A stretch of 64,000 nt of DNA from an uncultured Gemmatimonadaceae bacterium. Its GTDB lineage: Bacteria; Gemmatimonadota; Gemmatimonadetes; Gemmatimonadales; Gemmatimonadaceae. Below the pieces are notes generated by a model that was not told where the DNA came from, did no database searches, and worked only from the letters and a program-made list of their open reading frames with translations. Positions 1-12,701 of the stretch are shown piece by piece. The position numbers and the translations under genes are program-made. How positions within the stretch are numbered: the stretch's first letter is position 1; each line of letters opens with the position of its first letter. The DNA is taken from positions 544,001 to 608,000 of the forward strand of contig CAWJMB010000002.1 of assembly GCA_963843845.1 (NCBI GenBank), written 5' to 3'.

Positions 1-240
1 GACGAGAGCCGCAACATCTCGCCGATCGCCATCTGGCTCGGCGGCGAGGAGCTGCACAACAACCATCACGCCGACCCGCACTCCGCGAAGTTCGGGCACA
101 AGTGGTACGAGTTCGACATCGGGTGGCTCTACATCCGCCTGCTCTCGCTCTTCGGGCTGGCCAAGGTGAAGTACGCGCACGGCGTCGCCGGCTACGACCG
201 GAACCAGGGCGACGATCCGACGGCGCGCGTCGCCGCCTGA
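1..240 (+). CDS. Acyl-CoA (delta-9) fatty acid desaturase, 3' end only (partial)
   Basis: Frame 1 reads ...IWLGGEELHNNHHADPHSAKFGHKWYEFDIGW...; the GEELHNNHH His box is typical of delta-9 desaturases; TGA at 238-240. Confidence 0.9.
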   Translation, partial: DESRNISPIAIWLGGEELHNNHHADPHSAKFGHKWYEFDIGWLYIRLLSLFGLAKVKYAHGVAGYDRNQGDDPTARVAA

Positions 241-263
241 TCGCCCGCATCGGTGTATGATTC

Positions 264-293
264 AGGGCCCGGGTCGGTGACCCGGGCCCTTTT
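264..293 (+). terminator. Rho-independent terminator
   Basis: Perfect hairpin AGGGCCCGGGTC-GGT-GACCCGGGCCCT followed by TTT. Confidence 0.75.
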
Positions 294-317
294 CACGTTC
301 TCACGTAAGCCAATACC

Positions 318-602
318 ATGTCACACGTTACGTGTACACGCTGCGGCGAGACCCGCGACGGGTTCGAGAAGCCGCCGATCGGAGTCGGGGGAGAGACCGG
401 GGCGCGGATCGTGCGCGAGGTCTGCCAGGTCTGCTGGGGCGACTGGCTGAAGCAGCAGACGATGCTGATCAACCACTACGGCCTGAACCTGATGGACCCC
501 CAGGCCCGCACGTTCCTCGGCCGCCAGCGCGACGCGTATCTGTTCAAGACCGACGCGAACGAGGACGTCGACACGTCGAAGCAGGGAACGATCGCCTGGT
601 GA
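318..602 (+). CDS. yggX: Fe(II)-trafficking / oxidative damage protection protein (YggX family)
   Basis: CWGDWLKQQTMLINHYGLNLMDPQARTFL matches the YggX signature W..WL..QTMLINE..L...D..AR..L. Confidence 0.85.
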   Translation: MSHVTCTRCGETRDGFEKPPIGVGGETGARIVREVCQVCWGDWLKQQTMLINHYGLNLMDPQARTFLGRQRDAYLFKTDANEDVDTSKQGTIAW

Positions 603-629
603 GCAGAGGTTCTGGCTCGCTCTCACGAC

Positions 630-657
630 TTGACTTTAGTGTCAACGCGTGAATAAT
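630..657 (+). promoter_or_regulatory. Putative sigma70 promoter overlapped by a palindrome / NrtR-like operator
   Basis: TTGACT (630-635), 16 nt, AATAAT (652-657); TTGAC-N6-GTCAA palindrome; AT-rich patch 8 nt before the ATG, so possibly a leaderless transcript. Confidence 0.5.
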
Positions 658-664
658 TGCGATC

Positions 665-1372
665 ATGAGCCCTGTTCTCACCTCCCCGCGGCCGCGCACG
701 ACCCGCCGGCCGGCGACACACCGGAGCCCGTACTCCGTCGATGTCGTGCTGCTCACCGTCCACGACGGACAGCTCATGGTCGCCCTTCGTCGCCCTGCCG
801 TCCGCTCGAATCAGCGTGAGCGGTGGGAGCTGCCGTGGAATCCGGGGCGGCTCGAGGAGACGTTCGCGCAGGCGGCCGAGCGGATCGCGCAGGACGCGGT
901 CGGCGCACCGACGGCGTGGCTCGAGCAGATCGGCGCGTTCGGGAGCGAGCGGCGGCACCCGGCGACGGGTGAGGTCTCGGTCGCCTATGCCGGGCTGCTC
1001 CCGGTCGGCACCCGCGTCGCGACCGACGACGACCTCGGGTTCTTCCCGGTCGCGGACCTGCCGGCGCTCTCGCCGCGGCAGCGGGCGATGATCGACACGG
1101 CGGTCGAGATGGTGCGCGCGCGCGTCGGCCAGGCGCCGGTCGCGTTCCGCTTCCTCCCGGCGACGTTCACGCTGAGCGAGCTGCAGGAGATGTACGAGCT
1201 GCTCCTCGGCCGGCCGCTGCACAAGGCGAGCTTCCGGCGTTCGCTACAGGCGGCGCGCATCGTCGAGGCGACCGACGAGTGGCGGAGCGAGGGGCGCGGC
1301 CGCCCGGCGCAGCTCTTCCGCTACGCGCCGAAGAAGCGCAAGAACCCGCCACGCGGCGTTCGCTTCGACTGA
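665..1372 (+). CDS. nrtR: Nudix-related transcriptional regulator (NrtR family)
   Basis: N-terminal degenerate Nudix fold (SVDVVLLTV...WELP...LEQIGAFG...R.P) and C-terminal wHTH (FTLSELQEMYELLLGRPLHKASFRR...GRGRPAQLFRY). Confidence 0.85.
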   Translation: MSPVLTSPRPRTTRRPATHRSPYSVDVVLLTVHDGQLMVALRRPAVRSNQRERWELPWNPGRLEETFAQAAERIAQDAVGAPTAWLEQIGAFGSERRHPATGEVSVAYAGLLPVGTRVATDDDLGFFPVADLPALSPRQRAMIDTAVEMVRARVGQAPVAFRFLPATFTLSELQEMYELLLGRPLHKASFRRSLQAARIVEATDEWRSEGRGRPAQLFRYAPKKRKNPPRGVRFD

Positions 1373-1391
1373 CGCAGCTGGGAAACGATGC

Positions 1392-1423
1392 ACGGCGCCC
1401 GTCCTGACCTGGACGGGCGCCGT
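1392..1423. terminator. Bidirectional hairpin between convergent genes
   Basis: ACGGCGCCCGTCC-TGACCT-GGACGGGCGCCGT. Confidence 0.6.
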
Positions 1424-1439
1424 TCGCGTCTCGGGGAGG

Positions 1440-1709
1440 TCAGGACGCCGGGCGGCTCTGCCAGCGTCGGATGGCCTGAGCGAGCGACAGATTGTCGGCG
1501 GCGATCGGGTGCAGCTCGCTCAGTAACCCGTCATCGTCGGGCGCGCGGGCTTCCGCGATGATCGGCGGGAGGTGGCCGGCGCGTCTGGACGGATCGCCGC
1601 GCCGCTCGACCCAGAGCCGCGCATGCCGGCCGGCGCCGTCCTCGAGGCAGTCGATCGCCACGAAGCCGCCGCCCGGGAGAGCGCGGGAATAGAGAATGAC
1701 GCGGGACAT
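1440..1709 (-). CDS. Small hypothetical protein
   Basis: 89-aa ORF with globular composition, convergent on the hairpin. Confidence 0.6.
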   Translation of the reverse strand: MSRVILYSRALPGGGFVAIDCLEDGAGRHARLWVERRGDPSRRAGHLPPIIAEARAPDDDGLLSELHPIAADNLSLAQAIRRWQSRPAS

Positions 1710-1863
1710 CGAGAGGAGGGAAACACCCGGGGCCGGGAGAGGTGGGAAGAACGAGGCCCCGTCCTGCTGCGCAACTGGCGTTGCGATGGCGCAATGTGTG
1801 CCGCTCTACACCGTCCCGCTAGACCGGGAGATTGCGGATGACATGGTCACGCTCCCCTCGTGA

Positions 1864-1899
1864 TCCCGTGGTCCGCGCGCTCGCCCGCGGACCACGGGA
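1864..1899 (-). terminator. Hairpin downstream of the cold-shock gene
   Basis: TCCCGTGGTCCGCG...CGCGGACCACGGGA inverted repeat. Confidence 0.55.
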
Positions 1900-1915
1900 G
1901 TCGAGCGGAACGCCG

Positions 1916-2122
1916 TCAGACCTTCCGGACGTTGGCAGCCTGGGGGCCCTTCTGCCCCTCCACGATCTCGAACTCGACCTGATCGCCCTCGGCGAGGCTC
2001 TTGAAGCCGTCGGACTCGATGGCGGAGAAGTGCACGAACACGTCGTTCCCCCCCTCGTATCCGATGAAGCCGAACCCCTTGGCGTCATTGAACCATTTCA
2101 CCGTACCCGTCAACCGCTCCAT
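1916..2122 (-). CDS. csp: Cold-shock protein (CspA family)
   Basis: [15 protein letters not shown]...DVFVHFSAI...[21 protein letters not shown]. Confidence 0.97.
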   Translation of the reverse strand: MERLTGTVKWFNDAKGFGFIGYEGGNDVFVHFSAIESDGFKSLAEGDQVEFEIVEGQKGPQAANVRKV

Positions 2123-2247
2123 GGCCGCCCACCTCGTTCACTCTGTCGACGTCAACCCGGTGCTCGGCAGTGTGCCGGCAGTGTCGAGTGAGCAAGAGTC
2201 GTGACAGGAGCGAAACAGATGAATCGGCGGACGGGTCGTGGGAACGG

Positions 2248-2277
2248 AAAAGCCCCGAAGCGGTATGGCTTCGGGGC
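2248..2277 (-). terminator. Rho-independent terminator of the small Zn-finger gene
   Basis: GCCCCGAAGC/GCTTCGGGGC hairpin followed by TTTT on the minus strand. Confidence 0.7.
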
Positions 2278-2305
2278 CGATCGTTGCTGGGCGAGCGGGG
2301 AGGGG

Positions 2306-2515
2306 TCAGGCGGCGCCGGCGATGTACTTCGCGAACCGTCCGCAGTTCGTGCACTTGAGCGTCACGTGGGCGCGCGGAAGCGGCGGAATCTGCAAGGGAT
2401 CGCGCTCGATCGAGCCGGAGCAAGACGGACAGCTGAGCGCGGTCCCGGTGCGGTCGCTCGTGATGAGATGGAGCGCCTGCGCCGGGTTGTACGTGTTCGG
2501 GCGTGGCTTACGCAT
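2306..2515 (-). CDS. Small Zn-ribbon protein (two CxxC motifs), 69 aa
   Basis: MRKPRP...CPSC...CTNC; GGAGG RBS upstream of the ATG at 2515; has its own terminator. Confidence 0.75.
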   Translation of the reverse strand: MRKPRPNTYNPAQALHLITSDRTGTALSCPSCSGSIERDPLQIPPLPRAHVTLKCTNCGRFAKYIAGAA

Positions 2516-2699
2516 GACCCCTCCTGATGGGTGCCGCCGGCCGCTCCGACCTCGGGAGCGGAGTCTCTCACCCCTGAATGGTAACCACGAAAATGACCGC
2601 TTCACAGTGGCCGTTCGCCGAGGGGTCTGGCGACGAACGAGAACACGCGGACGATCATTCGTGCGGAGATCGCACGATCTCATCGCTGCTACGCGGACC

Positions 2700-3497
2700 G
2701 TGTCGCTAACGCTGAGAACGCTGATCACTGTCGCGACGGCGGCAGCAAAGTCGACTGGAATCGCGCTCGCCGCTGCGCTGGCTGCAGCGCTCGCGGCCGG
2801 ATGCGGTCCGCACGCGCACATCCCGCCCGTGCCGTCGCCGGCGGCGATCCGCGCCGACACCGGCGAGATCGCCCGCCTGGCGCGCACCATCGCGCCGGTG
2901 CTGCTCGTGCATCGCGACGAGTCGTTCCCGCTCGCGCGCGCCGTCGCGATCGTGCACCCGACGCGTCGCATCATCGCCTACCACCTGCTGTGGCGCGACG
3001 ACGTGATGGGGGCGTGGATTCCGCGCACGATCCCGACCGACGAGGAGATCGTGTGGGTGGGCTACGACACCACGGGAGCGCCGAACGAGCTCTGGACGTA
3101 CTGGCACGGTGCGATCCTGCACATGCCGTGGGACAGGCGACAGGTCGCGATCGACGTGCAGTGGGGCAAGCACGGCTCGATGCCGCACGGCCTGCTCCTG
3201 GGCGACCTGCCGCGCTCCCGCACGATGAACTCGTTCTACGTCACCGGGACGCTGTTCGCCTGGGACTTCTGGCTCGGCAACGTCATGCGGAAGGGGCCGT
3301 GGTGCTTCTGCCACGGCTTCAAGCGCTACCGCTCGTACGAGGGCGCCACCGAGCTGCTGTTGGCACACCGTCTCGACGCCGTCGTGGTCGCCGAGGACCC
3401 TCGGCGGGCGCTGGGGGCGGTGTTCGGGCAGCCGTACTCGGAGAAGCCGTGGTGGCCGTGGCGGACCGATCTCTCGAAGGTGAAAGAGATCTCGTGA
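2700..3497 (+). CDS. Hypothetical lipoprotein
   Basis: Hydrophobic stretch ending LAAGC (lipobox); Trp/His-rich globular domain; the GTG 2700 start is inferred. Confidence 0.65.
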   Translation: MSLTLRTLITVATAAAKSTGIALAAALAAALAAGCGPHAHIPPVPSPAAIRADTGEIARLARTIAPVLLVHRDESFPLARAVAIVHPTRRIIAYHLLWRDDVMGAWIPRTIPTDEEIVWVGYDTTGAPNELWTYWHGAILHMPWDRRQVAIDVQWGKHGSMPHGLLLGDLPRSRTMNSFYVTGTLFAWDFWLGNVMRKGPWCFCHGFKRYRSYEGATELLLAHRLDAVVVAEDPRRALGAVFGQPYSEKPWWPWRTDLSKVKEIS

Positions 3498-3555
3498 GAT
3501 CGGCGCGGAGCGTCGAGCGCAGCGCGCCGCGGGCATGGCGACGCCGCGCGCTGCG

Positions 3556-4551
3556 CTAATCCCAGCCGTGCGGCCGGCGCCAGACGCGGCGTCCGATCTG
3601 CCAGCTCTTCTTCGACGATAGCTCGCCCCCGCCGGCCCACAGGTCGTCGTCGTCGAGGGCGTCGAGGAAGCTCGTGGCCTTCGCCGACGACTCGTCGGCG
3701 CGGTGCACGATCTCGGCTTCGACGGTCATCGGCTCGACGGGGGAGCCGTACTCGAGCTGCCCGTGGTGCGCGAGGATGAGGTGTTGCAGCTCGACGAGCT
3801 GCCCGTCGCTGCAGAGCGACCGTCCGACCGCGCTCAACCGCCGCTCGAGCATGAGCACGCCGAGGACGACGTGGCCGACGAGGAGGCCGCAGGGGGTGTA
3901 GGAGAAGCCGCCGGGCCCGATCTCGTACGCCTCGACCTTGCCGACGTCGTGGAGCAGTGCGCCGACGAGCACGAGGTCCTCGTTCGCGCGCGGGATGGTC
4001 TTCACGGTCGCGGCGGCGATGCGGGCGACCTCGAGGGTGTGCTGCAGCAGTCCGCCGATCTTGGCGTGGTGCCCTTTCGTCGACCCCGGCGCGCGCTCGA
4101 AGCGAGTGCGGAAGTCGTCGTCGCCGAAGAACAGCTTCAGGACGTCGCGCAGGGTGGCGGAGCGGACCTGCTGGCGGGCCTTGTCGACCGCGGTCCAGAG
4201 AGCGTCGACGTCTTCCTCGACGTGGGGGAGGAAGTCCTCGACCGCGTAGTGGCCCTGCGGGAGTGGGCGGAGCGGCGCCGTGAGGGAGAGCTGGCGCTTC
4301 TCGTTGCCGTTCTTCGCGTAGCGGGCGACCTCGGCGACGACCTGGACGATCGTCCCGGGCTCGGCCCCCTCGGCCCAGGCGAGCTTGTCGACCCAGACGG
4401 GGGCGGTGTCGATGCGGCCGCTGCTGTTGCCGAGCGTCAGGATGACGAACGGGTCGCCGGCCGCCGTCTTCTTCTCGGCGCGTTCGAGGACGAGGAGCTC
4501 GTGCTGAACGCGGGTGCCGAGAGCGAGGCCGGGGAGGTGAAGCGGAGGCAT
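3556..4551 (-). CDS. OB-fold + HD-domain 3'-5' exonuclease (YhaM/Cbf1 family)
   Basis: N-terminal OB-like region (KTAAGDPFVILTLGNSSGRI); HHAKIGGLLQHTLEV, LLHDVGKVEAY, GHVVLG, HLILAHHGQLEYGSP..PMTVEAEIVHRAD. Confidence 0.88.
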   Translation of the reverse strand: MPPLHLPGLALGTRVQHELLVLERAEKKTAAGDPFVILTLGNSSGRIDTAPVWVDKLAWAEGAEPGTIVQVVAEVARYAKNGNEKRQLSLTAPLRPLPQGHYAVEDFLPHVEEDVDALWTAVDKARQQVRSATLRDVLKLFFGDDDFRTRFERAPGSTKGHHAKIGGLLQHTLEVARIAAATVKTIPRANEDLVLVGALLHDVGKVEAYEIGPGGFSYTPCGLLVGHVVLGVLMLERRLSAVGRSLCSDGQLVELQHLILAHHGQLEYGSPVEPMTVEAEIVHRADESSAKATSFLDALDDDDLWAGGGELSSKKSWQIGRRVWRRPHGWD

Positions 4552-4800
4552 GGGAGGAAAGTCGGCCGAGACGTGAAGGCAGGCAAGGGTGTCGGGCTTT
4601 GTTCGGTATCGTCGATACTGTCCTGGACTGGACTTGCGCAGCAGTGGACGCGCCTGCACTGTGGCGCACCGAGCCGCCTTGGCGCGACGACGCGCTGGGA
4701 TTCGGGCCACCATGGGTATGGTCGTGGGCCCAGCGCAGGCAGCGACCTACGCACTCGCGGTCTCCGACTCAGAAAATCGCGAGAGAGGCCAGCACACAGG

Positions 4801-7598
4801 GTGAGTCTCGACGAGTCAGCGTCGCGTGAGCGCGACGCCGCGTACTGCGCGACGATGGGATTCTGGGAAAGGCACGACCATCCGCAGAATCGTCGATGTC
4901 GTCGCACCCCGTCGTCTACCATGGGCTCGACGTGGCTGCGATGGTCGACGCGGTACTTCGTGCGCGTCCGCTCGCGATCGCGCGTATCTGCCGCCTTCTC
5001 GATCTCTCCGCCGACGAGGCGCGGACTCTGCTCGTCGCGCTGGCTGCGTTGCACGACGTCGGGAAGTTCGCGTCGTGCTTTCAGGCGAAAAGTCCCGCGC
5101 ACTGGCCGGCGGCGCTCTCAGGTGTCGACCCGGCGAGCGTCGTGCCGACGCATCACACGGCGGACGGCTACGCACTCTGGTATGGCACGTTGCGCAAGCG
5201 GCTAGCCGACCGAATGTGGCGCGGCGGCGGCCGGACGCTCGACGTGCTCGCGCCGGCCGTGTTCGGGCATCACGGTCGGCCGGTCAAGCAGCGTGACGCG
5301 AGGCGCCCAACTGATTCGATCTTCGCCCCGGCGGGACGAGACGCGGCTGTCGCGTTCGCCGACGCGGTAGTCGCGCTACTCGTTCCGTCACCCCTGACTG
5401 CGGCGGTGCCGACCGAGGAGCGAGCGCGCATTGCGAGTTGGTGGGTGGCGGGGTTGATGACGGTCGCCGACTGGATCGGCTCGAACGACCGGTGGTTTGC
5501 GTACACGGCGCCCGATCCGCAGGACGTCGGGCTCTCACGCTACTGGATGCGGGCGACACACTGCGCAGAGCGCGCGGTCGCCGAGGCGGGTCTCGCGGCT
5601 CCGCACGTTGCGGTCATGAAGTCGTTCACCGCATTGACGAATATCGAGCAACCGTCACCAGCCCAGCGGTGGGCGACCGATGCGTTTCTACCGAACGGCC
5701 CGTTGCTGGTGATCCTCGAGGACATCACCGGAGCGGGAAAAACGGAGGCGGCGCAGATGCTCGTACATCGCCTAATGACGGATGGACGCGCGGCGGGCGC
5801 GTACTGGGCAATGCCGACACAGGCTACCGCAAACGCGATGTACGAGCGGCAGGCGCGCGCGGTCGACGCGCTGTTCGACGCGTCGACGGGCGGACCGCGT
5901 CCGTCGGTCGCACTCGCACACGGCCAGACCCGGCTGCACGAGAGCTTTCGCGCGACGGTGTTGCGAGCGAACGACGAGCGGCTCGACGTCGCGGCATCAC
6001 CATCGTCTGGGCTGCCGGCGAGCGCCGCGTGCGCCGCGTTCCTCGCCGACGACCGTCGCGCGGCGCTGCTCGCCGACGTGGGAGCGGGGACGGTCGACCA
6101 GGCGTTGTTAGGCGCGCTGCCGAGTCGGTTCAACACGGTGCGGCTGTTCGGGATGGCCGACAAGGTCCTCGTGTTCGATGAGGCGCATGCGTACGACGCG
6201 TACATGGGTGTCGAGGCACAGCAGCTCCTCCGCTTCCAGGCCGCGTTAGGCGGGTCGGCGATCGTGCTCTCGGCGACGCTCTCGCGAGAGCAGCGCGAGT
6301 CGTTCGCGACGGCGTGGTGCGAAGGGTTGAACGAGGGGCGGCGGCGAGGAGCGAACGTGTTCTTCGTCGAGACGCTGCCGTCGCTCGTCGAGTCGGAGGC
6401 TTACCCGCTCGCGACGATCGTGTCGGCCGACGGGGTGCGCGAGGATCCGGTCGAGGCGGCAGCGTGGTCGCGTCGGCGTGTGCCGGTGCGACTCGTACAC
6501 GACGCGAGCGACGCATTGGCGCACGTCGTCGACTCGGCGGGGCGGGGCGCAGCGGTCGCGTGGATTCGCAACACGGTCGAGGACTGCCTAACGGCGGCGG
6601 CCGAGGTGCGCGCGCGTGGGTTGCGGCCGATCGTCTTTCACGCGCGGTTCGCGCAGGGGGACCGGCAGGTGCGCGAGCGGGAGGTACTCCGCCTGTTCGG
6701 CAAGGATGGCTCGGCGGAGAACCGTCGAGGCGTGGTGCTCATCGCGACGCAGGTGGTCGAGCAAAGCCTCGACTTGGACTTCGACGTACTCGTGACGGAC
6801 CTGGCGCCGGTGGACCTGTTGATTCAACGGGCGGGCCGGCTGTGGCGGCATCGCGAGTTGCGTGCGACGCAGCGCCCGGCTGGCGTCGTGTGCGAGCTCG
6901 TCGTGCTGTCACCGCCGCCGGTCGCGGAGCCTGAGACGAACTGGCTGACGGCGGTGCTCCCGAAGACGGCGCGAGTCTACAAGCACGTCGGCGTTCTGTG
7001 GCGCACGGCGCGGGCGCTGGCGGACGCCGGGGCCATCGACGCGCCTAACGGCCTACGCGCCCTGATCGAGTCGGTCTACGACACGTCCGCCTCGCTGCCC
7101 GAATCGTTGTTGCCCGCCAGCCAGGCTGCGGAAGGCGAGGAGTTCGGGAACGCGGCCGCAGCGACGCAGGCGACGCTCGAGCTGACCGACGGCTACCACG
7201 GCGACCTGAAAGGATGGGTGGACGACGTGAGGCCGATGACGCGCGTCGGCGACGAGGAGACGACGGTGCGTCTGGCGCGTGTGCTGGCGGGCGGGGAACT
7301 CGCGCCGTGGGCGGCGGCGGCCGGGCCACCGTGGAAGGCGTGGGCCCTGTCCGAGGTGCGGGTGCGCGCGTCGCGTGTGCCGTTCGGGTCGACGGCCGAT
7401 CTGGGATACGCGGGAGTCATTGATGCGGCGCGCAAGACTTGGGGACGGTTCGAGCAGGAGCTCACCGTGCTGCCGCTGGTGCAGCACGCCCATGATCCGA
7501 GCGTATGGGCAGGAGCACTTATCAAGCCGGATCAACGCGTCGTTCCTGTCCGATACGCCGTCGGAGACGGGCTAGCATTTCCGAAGATGGAGGGCTAG
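4801..7598 (+). CDS. cas3: CRISPR-associated HD nuclease/helicase Cas3 (type I-E); probable one-base frameshift at about 4866
   Basis: HD domain (YHGLDVAA, LHDVGK, GHHG, ADWIGS); Walker A TGAGKT, DEAH, LSATL, FHARF, TQVVEQSLDLDFD, QRAGRLWRH. Adding one G at 4865-4867 restores the N-terminal FWGKARP in frame with ORF 4896-7598; start is GTG 4801 or ATG 4855. Confidence 0.95.
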
Positions 7599-7684
7599 CG
7601 GTCAGCATCTCTTCCGAATCTACGCGCCCTGTGTCAGAGCCACCTATGAGGATGGTGTCGTAGCTCCACCAGAATCCCATCGTT

Positions 7685-9417
7685 ATGTCCTACGACCTTC
7701 GCCACGAATCGTGGATCCCTTGGCGACGCCGATCGGGCGTCGTCGAGTGGGGACCACCGCACCTCCTGACTGATCGCATCGACGACGACCCCATCGTAGC
7801 AACGGCGGCACCACGGCCGGATTTCGACGCGGCACTGCACGAGTTCCTCATTGGGTTGTTCGGTGTCGCACTGCGCATCGAGGATGAGTCGGCGTGGGAC
7901 CGTCGGTGGTACTCGCCACCGACTCCAGCGGAACTACGGACAGCGCTCGATCAACTACCGCCTGTTCTAAATCTTGACGGCGAAGGGCCACGCTTCTTTC
8001 AGGACTTCCCATCTGCCGATCTCGCTGCCGAGAAGCCAGGTACAATCGACCAATTGTTGATCGATGCGGCGGGTGAACAGACGAAAGAATTTAACAAGGA
8101 TCTATTCGTCAAGCGCGAGAGGGTCAGGCGAATGAGTCGGCCAGCAGCGGCCATGGCACTCATTACTATGCAGACATATGCCTCAGCGGGTGGTCGAGGT
8201 AATCGAACATCACTCCGTGGGGGAGGACCACTCACGACGCTAGTTGATCCGCGCGTCGATCGTATCGATAGTCGTGGTCAGAAGATGCCTGCTGATCAAC
8301 AGCCTTTTTGGCAACTGCTATGGGTGAATGTTGAAACCGTGCAGCAGGCTGCACAACGATCCCCCAACATGCAACACAATGCGGTGGCCGACGTTTTTCC
8401 TTGGATGGCACCGACGCGCTCATCCGCGGGGCAGCGGCTGGAGGTGACGCCGGCAAACGCGAATCCATGGCAGGCGTACTTTGGTTTGCCACGGCGCGTC
8501 CGGCTGGACTTCGACATCGGCGGCCAGTGTGAACTAACCGGACATCATGATGAGATGACCGTGGCCGAGTTTCGCTCCCGACCTCTCGGTACTAATTACC
8601 CGTCGGCGAGATGGCGACATCCCCTGACGCCGTACCGCGACGACGGAAGCAATTGGCTTCCAGTACTTGGAAGATCTGCCGGCGCCGCCTGGCGCGATTG
8701 GCTCGGGGCTGTATTTGGTACATCGGACACTAAGCGAGAACCAGCACGTGCCGTTGTGAGAGCCCTCGCGCGTGCGGAGCGTGTGGAGTTGCGTGAGGTG
8801 CGACTCCGCATGACAGGCTACGCTATGGATCAGGCTAAGGCTGACGCTTGGTTGTCGTCGATTCAGCCAGCGTTTGCGGGCGGTGACGGACCTCAGCGTG
8901 AGCGTCTCCGCGATGTAGCCACGCGTCTAACGAATGGTGCATCGATAGCGGCCGACGCACTGTCGGATGCCGTGAAACGCAGCAAGTTCTCTAGGCGCAA
9001 GTCCTCGCCAGGGACGATGCGCGCGGTTGAAACAGGACTCACGAAATCCGCTGAGAGTGATCTTTGCTTTGCGGTGGAGTCGGAGCTGTGGGCGACGACG
9101 GAGGCGGCGTTCTTCGCGGCGATGCGCGCTGTGGCCGCGCCGGATGCCGACGTGACTGCCGCGGACAGCATGTCGCGACAGTTCGCGCCGACGCTCGCGC
9201 GGGAGGCGACGGCGATCTTCGACCGCTGGTGTCCCGGTGACGGCTCCGATCCGGCCGAGATGCGCCGCGTCGTGACGGCGCGCTACAACCTCGTCCGCGC
9301 GTTAGGCGGCTGGACGCCGCTCGGCGAGAAGCTGTTCGAGACGCTGCGTATCCCACTCCCCGGCGGCGGCAAGGCCGTCCGCATCGCGAAAGCGCGCACG
9401 CGCAAGGAGGCGAAGAA

Positions 9418-9421
<4 letters not shown>
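7685..9421 (+). CDS. cas8e: Type I-E Cascade large subunit Cas8e (Cse1/CasA)
   Basis: MSYDLRHESWIP, PRPDFDAALHEFLIGL, GPRFFQ, GGRGNRTSLRGGGPLTTLV, FGLPRRVRL, WRHPLTPY; position after cas3. Confidence 0.93.
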
Positions 9422-11909
<2,488 letters not shown>

Positions 11910-11913
<4 letters not shown>

Positions 11914-12665
11914 GCGAGCTCGCGTTTCTCTCACGCGTGCGGCTGCGTCGGCACGTCCCCGCCGCGGCGCTGCGCGCCGTGCTCGCGCCGGAGGGGACGG
12001 CCGAGCGGGCGGCGACGGCGCACCGACTCGTGTGGACGCTGTTCTCGGATGGCCCCGAGCGCGACCGCGATTTTCTGTGGCGCGAAGGGGAGCCGGGGCT
12101 GTTCTACTGTCTCTCGTCGCGCCCGCCTGAAGATCAGCACGGCCTGTTCGACGTCGACCCGCCGAAGCCGTTCGCGCCCGCGCTCACGGCCGGCGACCGA
12201 CTCGGCTTCACGCTCCGTGTGAACGCGACGGTCGCGCGCGGCGGACGGCCTGCGGCGGACGGAGAGAAGCCTGTGCGCGGTAAGCCGTGTGACATCGTGA
12301 TGGACGCGCTGCACCGCGCGGGCGGTGGATCTCGTGCGGCGCAGCGGGCGGCGCTACTCGTGCCGGTGGCGCACGGGTGGCTGGCGAAGCAGGGGGAGAA
12401 GCACGGGTTCACACTGCCGCCGCTCCCGGCGCCGCGAACGGACGACGATCCCGACGACGTCGACGACGGCACGTTCCGTGTGCGCGGCTATCGCGTGCTC
12501 TCGATCGACCGGGGACGTGCCGCGCGCCCGCTGCGCGCCGGCGTGCTCGATCTCGACGGGGTGCTCGACGTGCGTGATCCGGCGGCGTTCATCGACGCGG
12601 TGCGGCGCGGGTTCGGGCGCGCGAAGGCGTTCGGGTGCGGGCTCATGTTGCTCCGGCGCGTCTGA
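11910..12665 (+). CDS. cas6e: Type I-E Cas6e (Cse3/CasE)
   Basis: HRLVWTLF..RDFLWR; C-terminal G-rich loop GFGRAKAFGCGLMLL. Confidence 0.95.
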
Positions 12666-12701
12666 CGAACTGAGGTGCCTAACCGCTGTGCCTAACGAGC
12701 G

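Noticed and set aside
4742..4770. Repeat-like sequence upstream of cas3 (GCGACCTACGCACTCGCGG...)
   Set aside because: About 15/29 identity, no 3' handle and no partner repeat at spacer distance; too weak to call a mini-array.
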